A stretch of 64,000 nucleotides of DNA from Podospora anserina (lineage: Eukaryota). The stretch spans positions 6,014,001-6,078,000 of the forward strand of contig CM030332.1 of assembly GCA_017654855.1 (NCBI GenBank), in the 5' to 3' direction. The notes beneath the pieces are model-generated. The model was not told where the DNA came from, made no database searches, and saw only the letters and a program-made list of their open reading frames with translations. Of the stretch, positions 46,553-59,102 are shown one piece after another (the first letter of the stretch is position 1; each line of letters opens with the position of its first letter). A program made the translations under genes and the position numbers.

Positions 46553-47153
46553 ATACCCGAACCTCTCACAATCGCTGCTGGCGGTGCCGGGGTTCTGAAA
46601 ATTGCTGGCGAAGCAGCGCGCAGCGTGGTCGCTCTCAGTCGCGCACCAGAGGAGGTGGATGGCGCCGCCAATGACGTCCAGGCTTGTCAGGACAAAAGTG
46701 AACGAGCTTATCAAGCTCCGCAGCAAGCACATCAATTTCCTCGAAAAAGATCCAGATCATCTCAAAGCTGTGGACTCTGCTATCGACAATGCCCGTGCAG
46801 CCCTTCGAGAAGCCAAGCCAGTGGTTGAACGCAACACAACTAGAGCAAACAGAGTCGGAAAAATCAGCATCAGCCGCCTCATACGCCCCATTCAATGGAG
46901 CATCAAAGACCGCGAGACATACAAACTCCGATGGGAAGCTATTCGACGGACTGACTGCGAAGTCCAGGTTCAGATCACCAGGCTGACGACTTACCAAGAT
47001 GTTATGGTCGGGATATGCAACTCCCGGAATGAAAAGGAGGGAGATAGCCACTCGGAGAAAGAATACTTGAATGCTAAGCGGGCTCAGAGGGTAAAGGGTC
47101 TTGCGACCTTGGGTCCGGTGATTCATGAGGCGGAGGTTACACCAACCCCCTGA
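46553..47153 (+). pseudogene. Fungal N-terminal helical (HeLo-like/SesA-like) domain protein, start codon lost and frameshifted
   Basis: ATA-PEPLTIAAGGAGVLKIA..APEEV..QDK, then a +1 shift in the A-run near 46694-46697 into VNELIKLR..RPIQWSIKD. Family assignment by motif resemblance only. Confidence 0.55.
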
Positions 47154-48471
47154 TTCGGAATTTCGTCTTGAAGTTGAGTTGGAATCAACATCATGATCTT
47201 TTCAACCCTTCATTGCAAGTCCCCCTCCACGGCGCAGCTACTCAATACATACATGCAGATGGTGTCAAGAAGGGTTCCACACATTCACCGGCCAAACTGG
47301 CTTAACTATTTACCCAGTCTTTCCATAGAAATCCTGAATATACTCACTTCCTCCTGCTATAGTCAGGTGTGGCTGGCATTACCTTCGGAGATCTAGTTCC
47401 TATCATTTCGCCAGCCAGGTATCTTCCAAGTTCTATCTATTTCCCAGACTCAAAGGTCTTGAAATGCACTTCGGATATACATTTCACTTTTTCGAGGACA
47501 TTACACCTTGTGAAAGCTACCAACTTTCCAAATACATCACCATTCTCAATCCATCCATGGAATAGGTCTCATTCCATGGTTTTCTGTTTTAGTTTGGATA
47601 GAGTAGATCTCTCAACCTGTCGCTTTTCTTCCCTTACTTTTTTCTCGGAAGTTATGCTGGAAGTCGCCTGCCCCATGAAGATATAGCGAACGAAATTGAA
47701 ATGCATATGTGCTTACTGGTATAACGCAGCGATACATCGCTTTTTTACTCTCCCCCAATCACACAGACACCTTCCTGGCCTTCAACACAACCCTCGAAAA
47801 CCTCTCCAAGCTCCCTCGTGCCCAACCCGATGGCTTCAACCACTGGAGACTCCCCCTCCATAAACACGACCCACTCCAAAAACATTAGCTCATGATGACA
47901 AGAGGAATTCAACGCAGTATTCCTAGAAAAGAGGCATTATTTCATCCCCGATGTTCGTTCCCCACGTTTTGTTTGCCCCCTTTTCAAATCTCCACTTACC
48001 CCTTTCCAATCTCCACTTTCCCCCTGAACAGTCACCATGACAAACACCTCTAACCCTCCCTCTCAGATCCCCTATGTCCCCACTCCCAAAGAATACACCC
48101 TCGCTTTTCCTGACAAAGCCTTCCAATATGTCTCTCCCTACAAAAATACACGCGTTCTAATGATAAGTGACTCCACCTCCGGACACGATCTGTCCATCTC
48201 TTTGTTACCCGTGGCGGCATACCCCCTCCACATCTCCCCTCCCACCCGATTACATCGTCTAGAAGTTAACAATCTCCTCTTATCACCCTAATACCAACAA
48301 AATCACCTTCTGCGACGACACCCACCCCGACCAATGCAACATAGACATGGTGGTTTACTGCACTGGCTACTAACCTTCCCTTTCCTTCTGACACCACCTG
48401 GCTTATGGCCACATAACAAGCGCTCGAACCAATTTCAAAAAGCTTGGTATTGAATTGGGTTCTATCTAACG

Positions 48472-50757
48472 TCACCGAAGAAACACTGGAGCAAGAAAAG
48501 ACCTATCCGCAGGCAAACCTACCCCATCCATAGCCCCATGAACATAAGCATCCCCTATCAGATTATACAGTCCCCGATGCAACTCGTTGCAGACGCTATC
48601 TCCTTGTCTCATCATCTGTTTGGCTTCTTCACCAGCCTGGTAGAATACCCGGTCTTCGGGCCGCTTGATCAACGTCTCAACCACTCTATGGTTGCACCCT
48701 ACCTCTTGTGTTGAAGGTCGCAATATCAGCGGTACCCGGCTCCCCGACACAACAGAAACCCTATCACCGCTGCTTACACCGCGAGGACCGGTCCCGATGT
48801 ATCCCTTATCCGTGATAAAGAACTTCCTATCACTACACGCAAACCTGACGGCGTAGTGGAACGCGTTCCTCTTTTCAGACTCAAGCTCCTTCTCAGTCAT
48901 CCCATACCTGGCATTGAAGACCGGCTCCTGCAGGTGATCACCAACGATTGATGTCGTTCTTCTATGATGAAAGTCGACGCTTCGCCATTTGGCGTATGCT
49001 GACGACACATCGTCCCCAGCGAGGGATATTCCAGCGTGGGTGTATTCAATGTTTCCGCAGATAGTGCGCCAAAAGGCATTGCCAACGGTTCCTCCACCGG
49101 CATATGGTCGATTGTCGTCTCCTAGGACCTCGGCGACTAGCTCTTCCCAACTCTTCACGACCTCTCGCCATCGTCTGGCGCCACCGTCTCTGCCGTGATG
49201 GGAGTTGACTACTTCGTCGCAGACCCAGTGGATCCGATCGAGCTCAACCCCTTCTACCTCTAATAGGAGCCGGCCGTGAAGACGAACCTGGCCGGGGGGC
49301 AGGTGGCTTGAGGCATCATAGAATCCTTGTGTTTCAAGGCGGATGTTTTCGGTGGCACTTGGTCTGTAACTCCTAAGAGGGATATTAGTGCAAATTTTCA
49401 CAGCAATACCATTATAGATCGAAGGGCTTCCTACCAGTCTATCACCCAGGAGGGATGCCCTGGATGGGTGAGCCGTGGGTCGCCGTCACTTGTGGCGTTT
49501 GGTGTGCCACACAGAACCTCAAGCGACTGCATGTTTTTGATGACTGTGATAGACACCTGCCAGTAAACATTTGTCACGTCAAGGTTGTAGTCGGGAGCAA
49601 TCTTGTGTTGGCCACCCCAATACTGGACCATGCCGATGAGTGCATACACCTTATCTCTGGGGTCTGTTGCATTCCGTATCCTGAACTGTCGGAGCAGAGG
49701 AAGCAGTGAAACGAGCTTTGATGGGTTTCGCCAGTCCTGTCGGATGATCTCGATATCTCTTACTTGCCGTGCGAATTGTGCCAAGAATGATACGTATCCG
49801 TAGGCCGAGTCGATGTTTGTAGAAAGCTGGCCGTTCATATATGACGCCGCTGCTTTCGTGATCATGTTCCATGGACATGATAAAGTGGCATAGTAGCAGG
49901 TAGCCTTGGCTGCCACCACTGTCTCTTGAAGAACCCATGATCTTTGCCACTGCCAGCACAGAGTTAGCTCACATAATCCTTCTCGTGACTGAACAGTGGA
50001 GTTGTACCCATGCTTGATCCATTATCGCCTGGATACCATTCAAAATGCAGGAAGACTGCCCAAAAGGGGAGCTGATATGCGGAGTAACTGAAGCCGGTAT
50101 TCCAAGCGATAGTAGCCATAAAACACAAAAGCCACCGAATATGTATTGTCGTTTGCAATCAGATCGGCGGAGAAATTCTAGCCAGAAGAATCGATTGGTC
50201 TCTTCGTTATCCGTCCAGTCAAGCGATGTCAGGCCTAAGGAAAGCATGAAGTCCTCTGCCAAATCGTCATCGTCCCGTTTGCTCCCAAGCCAGATCGCCA
50301 CTTCTTCAGCCTGTTGGTATATTCGCCGCATTATGCCCACTTGGTGGCCTCTTTCGTCGGGATCATGTTGATTTATACAGACAGCATCCACCCAGAGATT
50401 TACTACCTTGTCTTTACTTCGCAATCTCTGGAGGGCAGCGTATAGGTTAGGACTGACGGGTATGGGCACATTGTTGCATCTTATCCACATTGTTGATGGC
50501 GATGATCCCGAATTTGAACTGCCAAGAGTATTGTCCCAGGCATATGAAAGTGCTTTGTATGGCGGTGCGTTGTTAAGAGGAATTTCTTCCAGGCTACAGG
50601 TGATTGCTTGATCCAAAATCCCGGGGTGTAATCGCATGAGCCGGAAGTTGGTGCTTCCCTCCCCCGCAAGAGACCCGTAGAGCGGTGCGTGTCTTAAACC
50701 GGGTTTGCGATGGAGTGTTCTTGGAACTCGTATTGACCTTCTCTTAGTAGCCGACAT
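48472..50757 (-). CDS. HET-domain (PF06985) protein, HET-6-like architecture; introns 49950-50007 and 49373-49434
   Basis: YKALSYAW, LWVDAVCINQ..ERGHQVGIMRRIY, WWQRSWVLQE, ATDPRDKVYALIG, PSWVIDW, RKFFITDKGYIG and LIGDAYVHGAMDG. Confidence 0.92.
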
Positions 50758-51405
50758 CTTGAAAAGAATGAGCGGGTAGTTGTGGTTGTAAATGTCGGAG
50801 GTGCGAGAGCATCAGAAGGTGAGAGTTGTCAAAGGTCTATCTATGCCCGGCCGGGATGGATGTGCTCCGCCCCGATCCCACATGCAGGCTCAGAGGCTGA
50901 GCACACAAAGCTGTCCCTCTTTGATAGGGCAGTAGCTGAGCGCACATTGTCCAGAAACAATGTAATGTTCCAGAAACAAGACTTTGACAAGTCCCCTTTT
51001 CTTGCAGAAAGATAGCCAGCCTTCCGCATAGCCCGAGATGTTGAAGCTCTCAAGTCCTCGCCGTGTAGGGTGAGCGTTTGGTGTGCAGCCAATCGTACCC
51101 CTGACAGTCAACCACCACTCATACGCTGCCACCTTTTAGGGCTGACCCACCATCTTGGGCATCAACGACAACGTGGAAAATGGAGCCAAAGCAGGTCGCC
51201 TTGGAAGAGGACCGTGATTGTCCAATGAGGATAATACATATGTGATGCGAGAAATGCTCAAGTAGGCGCGTGAAGAGTCACTTGGAACACGCCAGATTAG
51301 CAGTCCCTTGTAGCGTTGTCCTACATAAAAAGAGATCTCTTCTTTCTCGATATTTCATTCTCTCTGCCATCCACTTAACAAGTGTTAGCTTCATGTTGTA
51401 TCAAG

Positions 51406-52533
51406 ATGTTTTGGCATAAGTCATCGCCAGCTCTCAAGATGGGGTTCCTCGGGCCCGGGACCAGCACTGCGAAAAAGCTTCCCTCGGACAACTTACTGGG
51501 CACGCCTCCTGATACCCCTGAGTCGAGTCCTGCCCCGGATTTGCAGCCTATGGCCACCCCCAAACTGCGGGGGGCTCTCCTCCAGCAACCACTACCCACA
51601 CCCCCAGACACTGGGCTTGCGCTCAATGTCCCGAAAGCTCATGATTTTGGATCCTTCATGGATGTCACAACACCTCCAGAAGTTGAAGAAACGCCTGCGA
51701 CCCCGACAACAGAAGACGGGCCAGAAAGTCCCACCTCCCAGCTTACCCAAGAAGCCTCGAGGTTTTGGGGAGAAGACTTCTCAGACACAGCCTCAACAGT
51801 ACTCACAACACCATCCGAAGCTCCCTTCACCCCCTCAAAATCAGAATACCGCTATCCACACCACGTCGACGATCTAATCTTCGACTGCGAAGACTCCCCC
51901 GAGACCCCAGACACTCAGCTAACCCAAGAAGCCTCCCGTTTCTGGGACGACACCCCCGACACCCCTTTCACAGCCCCCTCCTCAGCACCATCCCTATCAG
52001 GAACCCCATCAAAACCTCTCCCAGGAAAAACCCGCCACTTGCTGCCCAGACAACCCGGCCTCAAAACCCCCCTCCCATGCAACAACTGCGGCTCTCTAAT
52101 CTCACCCAACCACCAACACCCCCTCCAATGCACCCATCTCCTCTGTCCCACCTGCACGAGGCAAACCCTCATCACCTCCCTCATCTCCAAACCCTTCGTC
52201 CCAGCAGCCTGTCCTTGCTCTGCCTCGACCCCGATCCCGAAATCCATCCTCCGACAATCAGTAACCTACCTCCAATTCATGGCCTACGCCGACAAACTCA
52301 GCGAAAACTCCATTCCTGCCGACCAGAGGTTGTACTGCCACAACCCCCAATGCAAAAGATTCATCAACCCGAAGCTGGACGTGAAAAAGGGAGGGAAAGT
52401 AGGGACGTGTGGGCATTGTGGGGGAAATACGTGCAAGAGGTGTGGGCAGAAGGGGCATATGTTTGGGGTTAGTCAGCAGACTTGTAAGTTATCTACCTCG
52501 ACGAGAAGAAAGAAGGAGAGGATGAGAGGCTGA
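51406..52533 (+). CDS. RING-like + IBR domain protein with low-complexity N-terminus (no RING2)
   Basis: CNNC..CTHLLCPTC..PAACPC and RLYCHNPQC..CGHCGGNTCKRCGQKGH. Internal duplicated QLTQEASRFW motif. Confidence 0.8.
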   Translation: MFWHKSSPALKMGFLGPGTSTAKKLPSDNLLGTPPDTPESSPAPDLQPMATPKLRGALLQQPLPTPPDTGLALNVPKAHDFGSFMDVTTPPEVEETPATPTTEDGPESPTSQLTQEASRFWGEDFSDTASTVLTTPSEAPFTPSKSEYRYPHHVDDLIFDCEDSPETPDTQLTQEASRFWDDTPDTPFTAPSSAPSLSGTPSKPLPGKTRHLLPRQPGLKTPLPCNNCGSLISPNHQHPLQCTHLLCPTCTRQTLITSLISKPFVPAACPCSASTPIPKSILRQSVTYLQFMAYADKLSENSIPADQRLYCHNPQCKRFINPKLDVKKGGKVGTCGHCGGNTCKRCGQKGHMFGVSQQTCKLSTSTRRKKERMRG

Positions 52534-53548
52534 CGGGTTTTGAGGTGAAGTGATGGAGGGGAAGAGGGTTGCTAAGAGGGGAGGTAAGAGTAGGAGGGAG
52601 AGGAAGAGGAAGGTTAGAAGTGAGGGGAAGGGTGGGATGTGTCCGGGGGTTAAAGGGGTTGGTGAGGTTTGGGTGTGAAGAGGTGGACATGGGTTGAATA
52701 GCTAGATATGGGTTGGATAAACATGACGTTGGAAATTGCGTTATGGCGTTTCGGTTGAGATGATGGGCTTTGTTTGGTCTGTGGGAGAGATAGACATGGC
52801 GACATCGCGGCGTTGTGATATTCTGGCAAGAATATTTGGGTAGATATTTGATGAATTATCAGACATGATAGAATAGACATGTGAAATATGCTTCCTAATC
52901 CTGTCGTCAGCAACGTCTGGAATATGCTGTTGTGAATGTGCGACAGACTTGTTATGAGAGCTCGTTTTCGAATCAACAAGTTGATTGAGGGATCGATAAG
53001 AAAGAGTCTCAGGGACCAGGACAGGGCTACCTACCATATTTCCCCGTGAACCATCACGCCGGCGACGGGTATGCAATCGCGAAACAAACGGCGTTGTGGA
53101 CGGCTCAACTTTCACATGCTAGAGGAAAACGGTTCCCCCACGATTGTGGGTCCCGGGATCTGGTTTCCAGGCCCCTGCGTCATTGTTGCGGGGAACCCTG
53201 CCCAACACAGCGCGCCCTGGAATGCTGGAAGGCCGCACCACAGCGCTGCAGCGGTGCCGCCATGGGCACCCCCTGTCGCCAGCCGGTCGCACATGCTCGG
53301 CTATGAAGTGCTATCAAGAGCCGCTGATCCTCTTTGTTGATGATACCAAAACATTTTGCGACTCTCCCATCCTTTTCCTCCGGACCTATAGAAGCCTTTA
53401 TGACGACATTCCCATGAGGTAGACCACGAAATCTTCTCCTTCAGCGCTGCACGCACTCATATATCCCGCCTATACCGTCCTTGCGCTCCTCCGTCGCCCG
53501 CTGAGAAAAACGTTTCGTCATCCGGCTAGCTGCCATAACCGAGGCACC

Positions 53549-54472
53549 ATGTCAGCCACCACCATCCAGAGCCTCAAGGTGTGACGAAACCACCACTTCG
53601 ACTGTCTAGAGAATCCAAGGTTGACATGACGATTAGGTTCTTGTAGAGAGCATCATTCTCGACCCAAAATACCATGACATCCTCACAGTTGTCAAGGGCG
53701 CACGCAATGGCGCTGTCTACGGCGCAAAAGTCCGCTTTCCACATGCCTTGGTGTAGGTTTTCAGATCACAGCCTGTACATCTCGCCGCAGCCTGCTGACC
53801 ATGATGTGTACAGGATGATAATGCTCTTTCGCTCCGGAACGTATGTATTCCCAGCTATCCTGCGCCGGCCCGTCTCCCCGAGATTAACGCTGTATTCGTC
53901 CCCGTGATACAGATTCCGTGAGAAAGTACGACTCATTTTCAATGCTACAAAAACACACGCCCTGAATTTGGCAAAGTTTGCGACGATATACAAGTCAACA
54001 TGCTTGCTTCTGAAGCTGTACGGGGCTACGCCGGGCAAAGAAGGTAAGAAACGAGGAGCCTCGGTTCGGCAACACGAGACGACGCTAACATACCGAAGGC
54101 CCTTATGACAGCTTTATTGCCGGTCTTCTAGGCGGCTACGTTGTGTTCGGCCAGCGATCGAAGCGCGGCAAGATCTCGAGCGTCAGCCAGCAAATCGTCA
54201 TCTACATCTTTGCGCGCGTCGCGCTGGCGCTGGCGCGTCTGGCAGTCAAGCCCGGCTATGGTCTTCCGGGGGTGTCAGAACCGAAGCAGAGTGCGACGAT
54301 CAGTCACTATGCCTGGCCAGTCTTTGCCAGCATGTCATGGGCAGCCGTGATGCATCTCTTCAGATGGCATGCCGCCGAGCTGCAGCCTAGCTTGCGCAGC
54401 AGCATGGTTTACATCTACCAGAATTCTGACGACTGGGACGGGCTACGGAACTTTATATGGCACAACAAATGA
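53549..54472 (+). CDS. PXMP4: Peroxisomal membrane protein 4 (PXMP4/PMP24), 4 introns
   Basis: KGARNGAVYGAKVRFPHALV..FRSG, HALNLAKFA, SVSQQIVIYIFARV and LQPSLRSSMVYIY..SDDW. Confidence 0.9.
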
Positions 54473-55070
54473 GGGATCAGTGTACGATGGAGACATGATA
54501 AGGATATTTCAAGGGCGTTCATACGGTTGTATAATCACGGTGGCTTCTAGATCTGCTCGCAGCTCCTAGCATCAGCATTGGCTTCTCGCATTCTTGGTTA
54601 CAGTCCGGGTATGGGAACCCAAGGTTTTGTTTTAGAGGAGGTCTATGCTGTGGTGGATCGTTAATGGAGGATTACAGTACCTATCTTGAGTATGAATTTC
54701 AGACACAGACTTGTGAATCTCGGCAGTTTGGACACGTTACCGGGCCTCTTGCTTTTCTGTCTAGGTCCTTCCTGAACCGGGTCTGCTCGTTGGTGCTTGC
54801 TAAAGACTGTCCGGGCAGGCAGGTCCTCAAAGGGGGCTTCTTACCACCTAACAGGCAGGGCAGGAGGAAATCTGACCAGCTCGGTCCCGTGTGCCCGTCG
54901 TCAGGAAAGAACACTGGAGGGTGATCAAGTACCTCAACTTTGCAGCAGCAAGCCTGGGCATCTTTTCTCCCCTTTCTTCCTCAATCATCCGCTGCCGTGC
55001 ATTCACTTTCGTTTTTGGGCACACCAACCAACATCAATCCCATCGGTACTTGACGACAGTCTTATCCAAC

Positions 55071-55574
55071 ATGGATTCTCAATCTGGCAACACGACTACG
55101 CGTCCGCCGCAAGACACAACTACACCTCCGCAACACACGGCTGCAATTCCGCAAATCATAATTTCGCCTCCGCGAGACACGACTCCGCCTCCACTATTCC
55201 CAACTACGCCTCCGCAAGACACTACAGCCTCCCCAAGCAGCCATGATGCTCCTCTCAAACCCATCGTCGTCGCTCTTCGACGGTTGCCTAGGACTGGGTA
55301 CTATGAGCCTGTCATGTGGTATCCAGGCCCCGATTACCATTGGAGTATCACAACTGCGGAGCAACATGCCTTGCTCCTTTCTCCACAAATGGCCAAACCA
55401 GACCCCCCCTCGCACGTTGAAGAAATTATCACACCATTCTTTTCACTTGACCTTCCTCGCTTTTCCCGGTTATCACCAGGTTCCTACCGACCCGAGGGGC
55501 CCATCGTATTGCGGGGGTACGAAAAACAGTATCCCATTGAAATTGGCCTTGTTGAGACGGATGAGGCGACTTAG
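55071..55574 (+). CDS. Hypothetical Pro/Thr-rich protein (TTPPQDT repeats), possibly degenerate
   Basis: ATG-initiated ORF with short internal repeats. Coding-like sequence continues past the TAG. Confidence 0.35.
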   Translation: MDSQSGNTTTRPPQDTTTPPQHTAAIPQIIISPPRDTTPPPLFPTTPPQDTTASPSSHDAPLKPIVVALRRLPRTGYYEPVMWYPGPDYHWSITTAEQHALLLSPQMAKPDPPSHVEEIITPFFSLDLPRFSRLSPGSYRPEGPIVLRGYEKQYPIEIGLVETDEAT

Positions 55575-57333
55575 GCTCTCGCCCGTGATGAACCTCTTAC
55601 GATGATGACCCTTTTGATCTCAGCTTGTCATGACGAATTGGCTCAGAAACTCACCGACACTTTAGGCACCTAGTTTCAACCTTTTTCAATCTTCTTTGAG
55701 TCGCTCGCCACCGGTACAATATGTTCTTCAAGAACAGCCCTGAGGAATGTGGGCCAACATCGATTCTGGAAGAGGAAGAGGAGGAAGGTAGCTGCTTTGG
55801 ATGGATTCTGGACTATTGGCTTCGTGTAGACACAAAATAGGGAGTGGCTTTGCACTTGATACCCAGCGATGCTTGATATGGAATCTGGAGGTTGGGAGGG
55901 ACAAATCAGGAGCGTTGAATCAGCATGGCATATTTTTTGTACTGGAAGGTTCTTTGTTCTAGGTTGATAAGACAGGAATAATGGCATCTTGTCTCTTCTG
56001 AATTTTTACCTTGTGGACAAAAAAACACAGCATATAATATGAAATCAAGGCCTCAAAGGATAGTGTAAAGACCTTGAAAGGTGTTTAAAAATGGTATAGT
56101 GGCCTTTAACATGGTAGGGAGGGCTTGGAAGATAGTCATAGGGCGTTAGGAGATAGTCGAGGGCATTTCGATCATCTTTCAAGGTTTTCTGTCGAGTTCT
56201 AAAGGCTCGTAAAGTTTCGATAAATATTTGATGTCTATTTACTATCTTTGGAAGGCATATAAACTCTTTGTAAAGACGTATTATCTATCTTTTAAGGGGG
56301 TTTGAGCATCTCTTTTTGACGTAGTTCAGGATACTCTTGCGTTAAATTGCCTACTTTGCAGTACCAGTAGCCTATTCGTCCACAGCTTAACAAGTTGGAA
56401 AGGCATTGGGCATAGGTATAACCCCCACATACCCACCCCAACCCCATCTTCCCCTTCTTCTTCAAGAAGCACCGAAAGACATGACCAGCCGGTAGAGCAC
56501 ATCATCCCCTTTGGCATCCTTCCAAAGTAACCAGATTTTGTTTCACCATCATGGGAGTTTTCGATGTTGAGAAATACGACTGCAATGGAAACCAACACTC
56601 GAAAAGCCGGGTGCTGTTGCGCTTGCTGCCGCGTTTGCTGCCGCGCTTGCTGCCTAAAACCTGCCTTACGACAGTGTCAGTCACGTCAACAATATTTATG
56701 TCGGTCATCCGCAAGTGTGGCAGCTATTTGGAGATTTTATGCACACATTAGCAGTTTACAAGTGTTTCTTGCTGTGTGTGTGTTGTCGTGTTATTGGGGG
56801 GGATTGGTTGGTTGAGGGATAACATGCTACTACTGCCTGTCATGCCTGGGACTCGACTCGACCAAGGCAAGCGAGTGCTTTTTGTTTTCGAGGGGAGTCG
56901 GGTCGTTCCACTGTTGATTCACCATATGGCTTTCACATGATGGCTTTCTAAGGTATTGTGGATTTGGTGGCCCAGCCTATTGTGGGATTGATGGCGTTGG
57001 AGGTTAACCTTGAGGCTGCACCGCCAGTCAACACAGCAAAAGCATCTTCACCCCTCGAGAGTTTGGATGGGACATAAATAGGCTCGAAAGAATTTTTCGC
57101 AGGGCTTCTCTTTTTCACGTCTGTGGCATTGGATGTTGGGCTTGACCTCGACCAACTGTCATAAATTTAGACTCGGCCTCGCACGCGTTGAAACTTACGG
57201 TTCACTATCGAATCAACTTCATATCAACTATCACCCACAATGATGGGCGAGGCCTGACACTCGAGCGAAAATCTCGCCTTTGATCCCACGCCACCACCTT
57301 ATACAAGAGAAGAACTACAACCCGACTCGAACA

Positions 57334-58215
57334 ATGGCACCCCAAACTTACGACTGTCAAATCTGCCTCAGCCCATTCACCTCCCCCCTCTCCCCCCTTC
57401 CTCCCTTTGCCCTCCCGGGATGCAACCACTTCCACTGCCCCCGCTGCCTCTCGGAAAACCTAGCCCAGTCCCTCAAATCCCTCCCCTTCAAACCAGCCAC
57501 CTGCTGCATCCAGGCAACCTTCATCCCTCCCTCTATCTTCCGCCGCCGGGAGTTTGGTATACCACGAGACAGGGTGCGCCTCTATCGACAGAAAATAACA
57601 GAGTACCAAGCCTCCTATCCCACGTCACCTGCGTCAAGACGAAGGAGGCAACAGACACCACCGGAAATGGTACAGGGTTTGTCAGGGGTGAGGATTGTGT
57701 TTTATGGAGCGCCGATGCCGCTGAAGGTCAATTTGCCAACTTACTGCCATGATGCGAAATGCGGGGCGTTCATACCGGAGGTTTTGGGGGGCAGGTGTAG
57801 GAGGTGCAAGAAGAGGACGTGTGAGATTTGCAAGATGGGGATGCACCTCGGGCAGGGCGGCTGTAGGAAGGAGGATTTGTTTAGGATTGAGGAGAGGACC
57901 GAGGTGAGGAGGTTGGCTGCTATGGAGCTTGTTACCTTGGATGTGAAAAAGGTTAAGGCGGCAAGCAGGAGTGAGAGAGAGAAAATGGAGAGGGAGAAGA
58001 GAGAGAAGAGGGAGAGGGAGAAGGAGTTGTGGGCGCTGACGAGGGCGTTGATGAGGGAAAAGGAGTGGAAGAGGTGCCCGCGGTGTAAGAATGGGATTGA
58101 GAAGACGGAGGGGTGTAATCATATGATTTGTGTTTGTGGGATCGATTGGTGCTATCGTTGCGAGAGGGTTTGGGGGGCTAGTCATATCATTGGGGTGGGG
58201 GCTTGTGCTGGGTAG
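57334..58215 (+). CDS. RBR-type E3 ubiquitin ligase-like protein (RING1-IBR-RING2)
   Basis: CQIC..CNHFHCPRC..PATCC, TYCHDAKCGAFI and KRCPRCKNGIEKTEGCNHMICVCGIDWCYRC. Confidence 0.88.
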   Translation: MAPQTYDCQICLSPFTSPLSPLPPFALPGCNHFHCPRCLSENLAQSLKSLPFKPATCCIQATFIPPSIFRRREFGIPRDRVRLYRQKITEYQASYPTSPASRRRRQQTPPEMVQGLSGVRIVFYGAPMPLKVNLPTYCHDAKCGAFIPEVLGGRCRRCKKRTCEICKMGMHLGQGGCRKEDLFRIEERTEVRRLAAMELVTLDVKKVKAASRSEREKMEREKREKREREKELWALTRALMREKEWKRCPRCKNGIEKTEGCNHMICVCGIDWCYRCERVWGASHIIGVGACAG

Positions 58216-59102
58216 TTTAGAGGCAGGGCTTCCCTTTGATGATGCGGGTAAGGGCAGGGGCAAGAAAAGGGGGTGGGCTGGACAAGGACACCTGGGGAGA
58301 GAGAGTTGACGGATCTGCTTCTTTTGTTTTGGGATGATATTTCTTTTTTTTAATTCTGGTGGAAAACGTGTTTGGTGTTTTACACGAGCAATGAGGATGA
58401 TATCAACGACGACAGGCCTCGACCGTATAGATTACGTTTATTTCCTTTGTCAGGAACACAGTACAGACAAACGTCCTGGTAATATACAGCTACACAATAA
58501 TACAGAGACACTAGAAGAGGATATTGCCGGCTGCACATGCAGATATAACATAGATTTGCACCGCTTAAATCTTGTCTAAATATATAGCCTCATGGCTGGT
58601 CAGCAATTTCTGAGTTACGTTGACAAAATAACTCAAGAACACTGATCAAATATGTCCTGGGGATTTTGAGTTGTCAAGTTCCCATTCGACTTCCTCGCCG
58701 CCTGAAATTGGCGGAGAGTTAAGTTCTGAATAGCAAGCCCATCACAAACCTTCTCACAATGTGGCGTCATGACGACTTCCATCTCCAATCACCACGCCAC
58801 CAGCCGAGGCATGTGAATGCAACCCCCAAAGTCAACAGCTGTCACCAGACACAGACCAAGATAAATTAAAACCCATGAATTGCGCACATCTTGGTATATA
58901 CTTCTAGCCGGCTACAATGACTCTCAGCCAAATCGATAAAAATCAACACAGCAACTAACACACTGGGCAACGGCGTGTTTTCCAGGGATATTTTGACATT
59001 AACCATCCAACACCGGACGCCTTGACCATGCAAATCTTTTGCAAAACCCATTTTCCCCAGAGACTCTGATGACCGCCTTCCAAAATACCCACCGCCACCA
59101 AC

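Noticed and set aside
49431-49433. Apparent premature TAG in the HET gene (A-to-I editing candidate)
   Set aside because: It lies inside a GT..CTAAT..AG intron (49373-49434); splicing restores PSWVIDWSY.
56564-56815. Small Cys-rich ORF (GCCCACCRVCCRACC), metallothionein-like
   Set aside because: The Cys run arises from a 12-bp triplication, and the upstream frame contains a stop. No support for a real gene.
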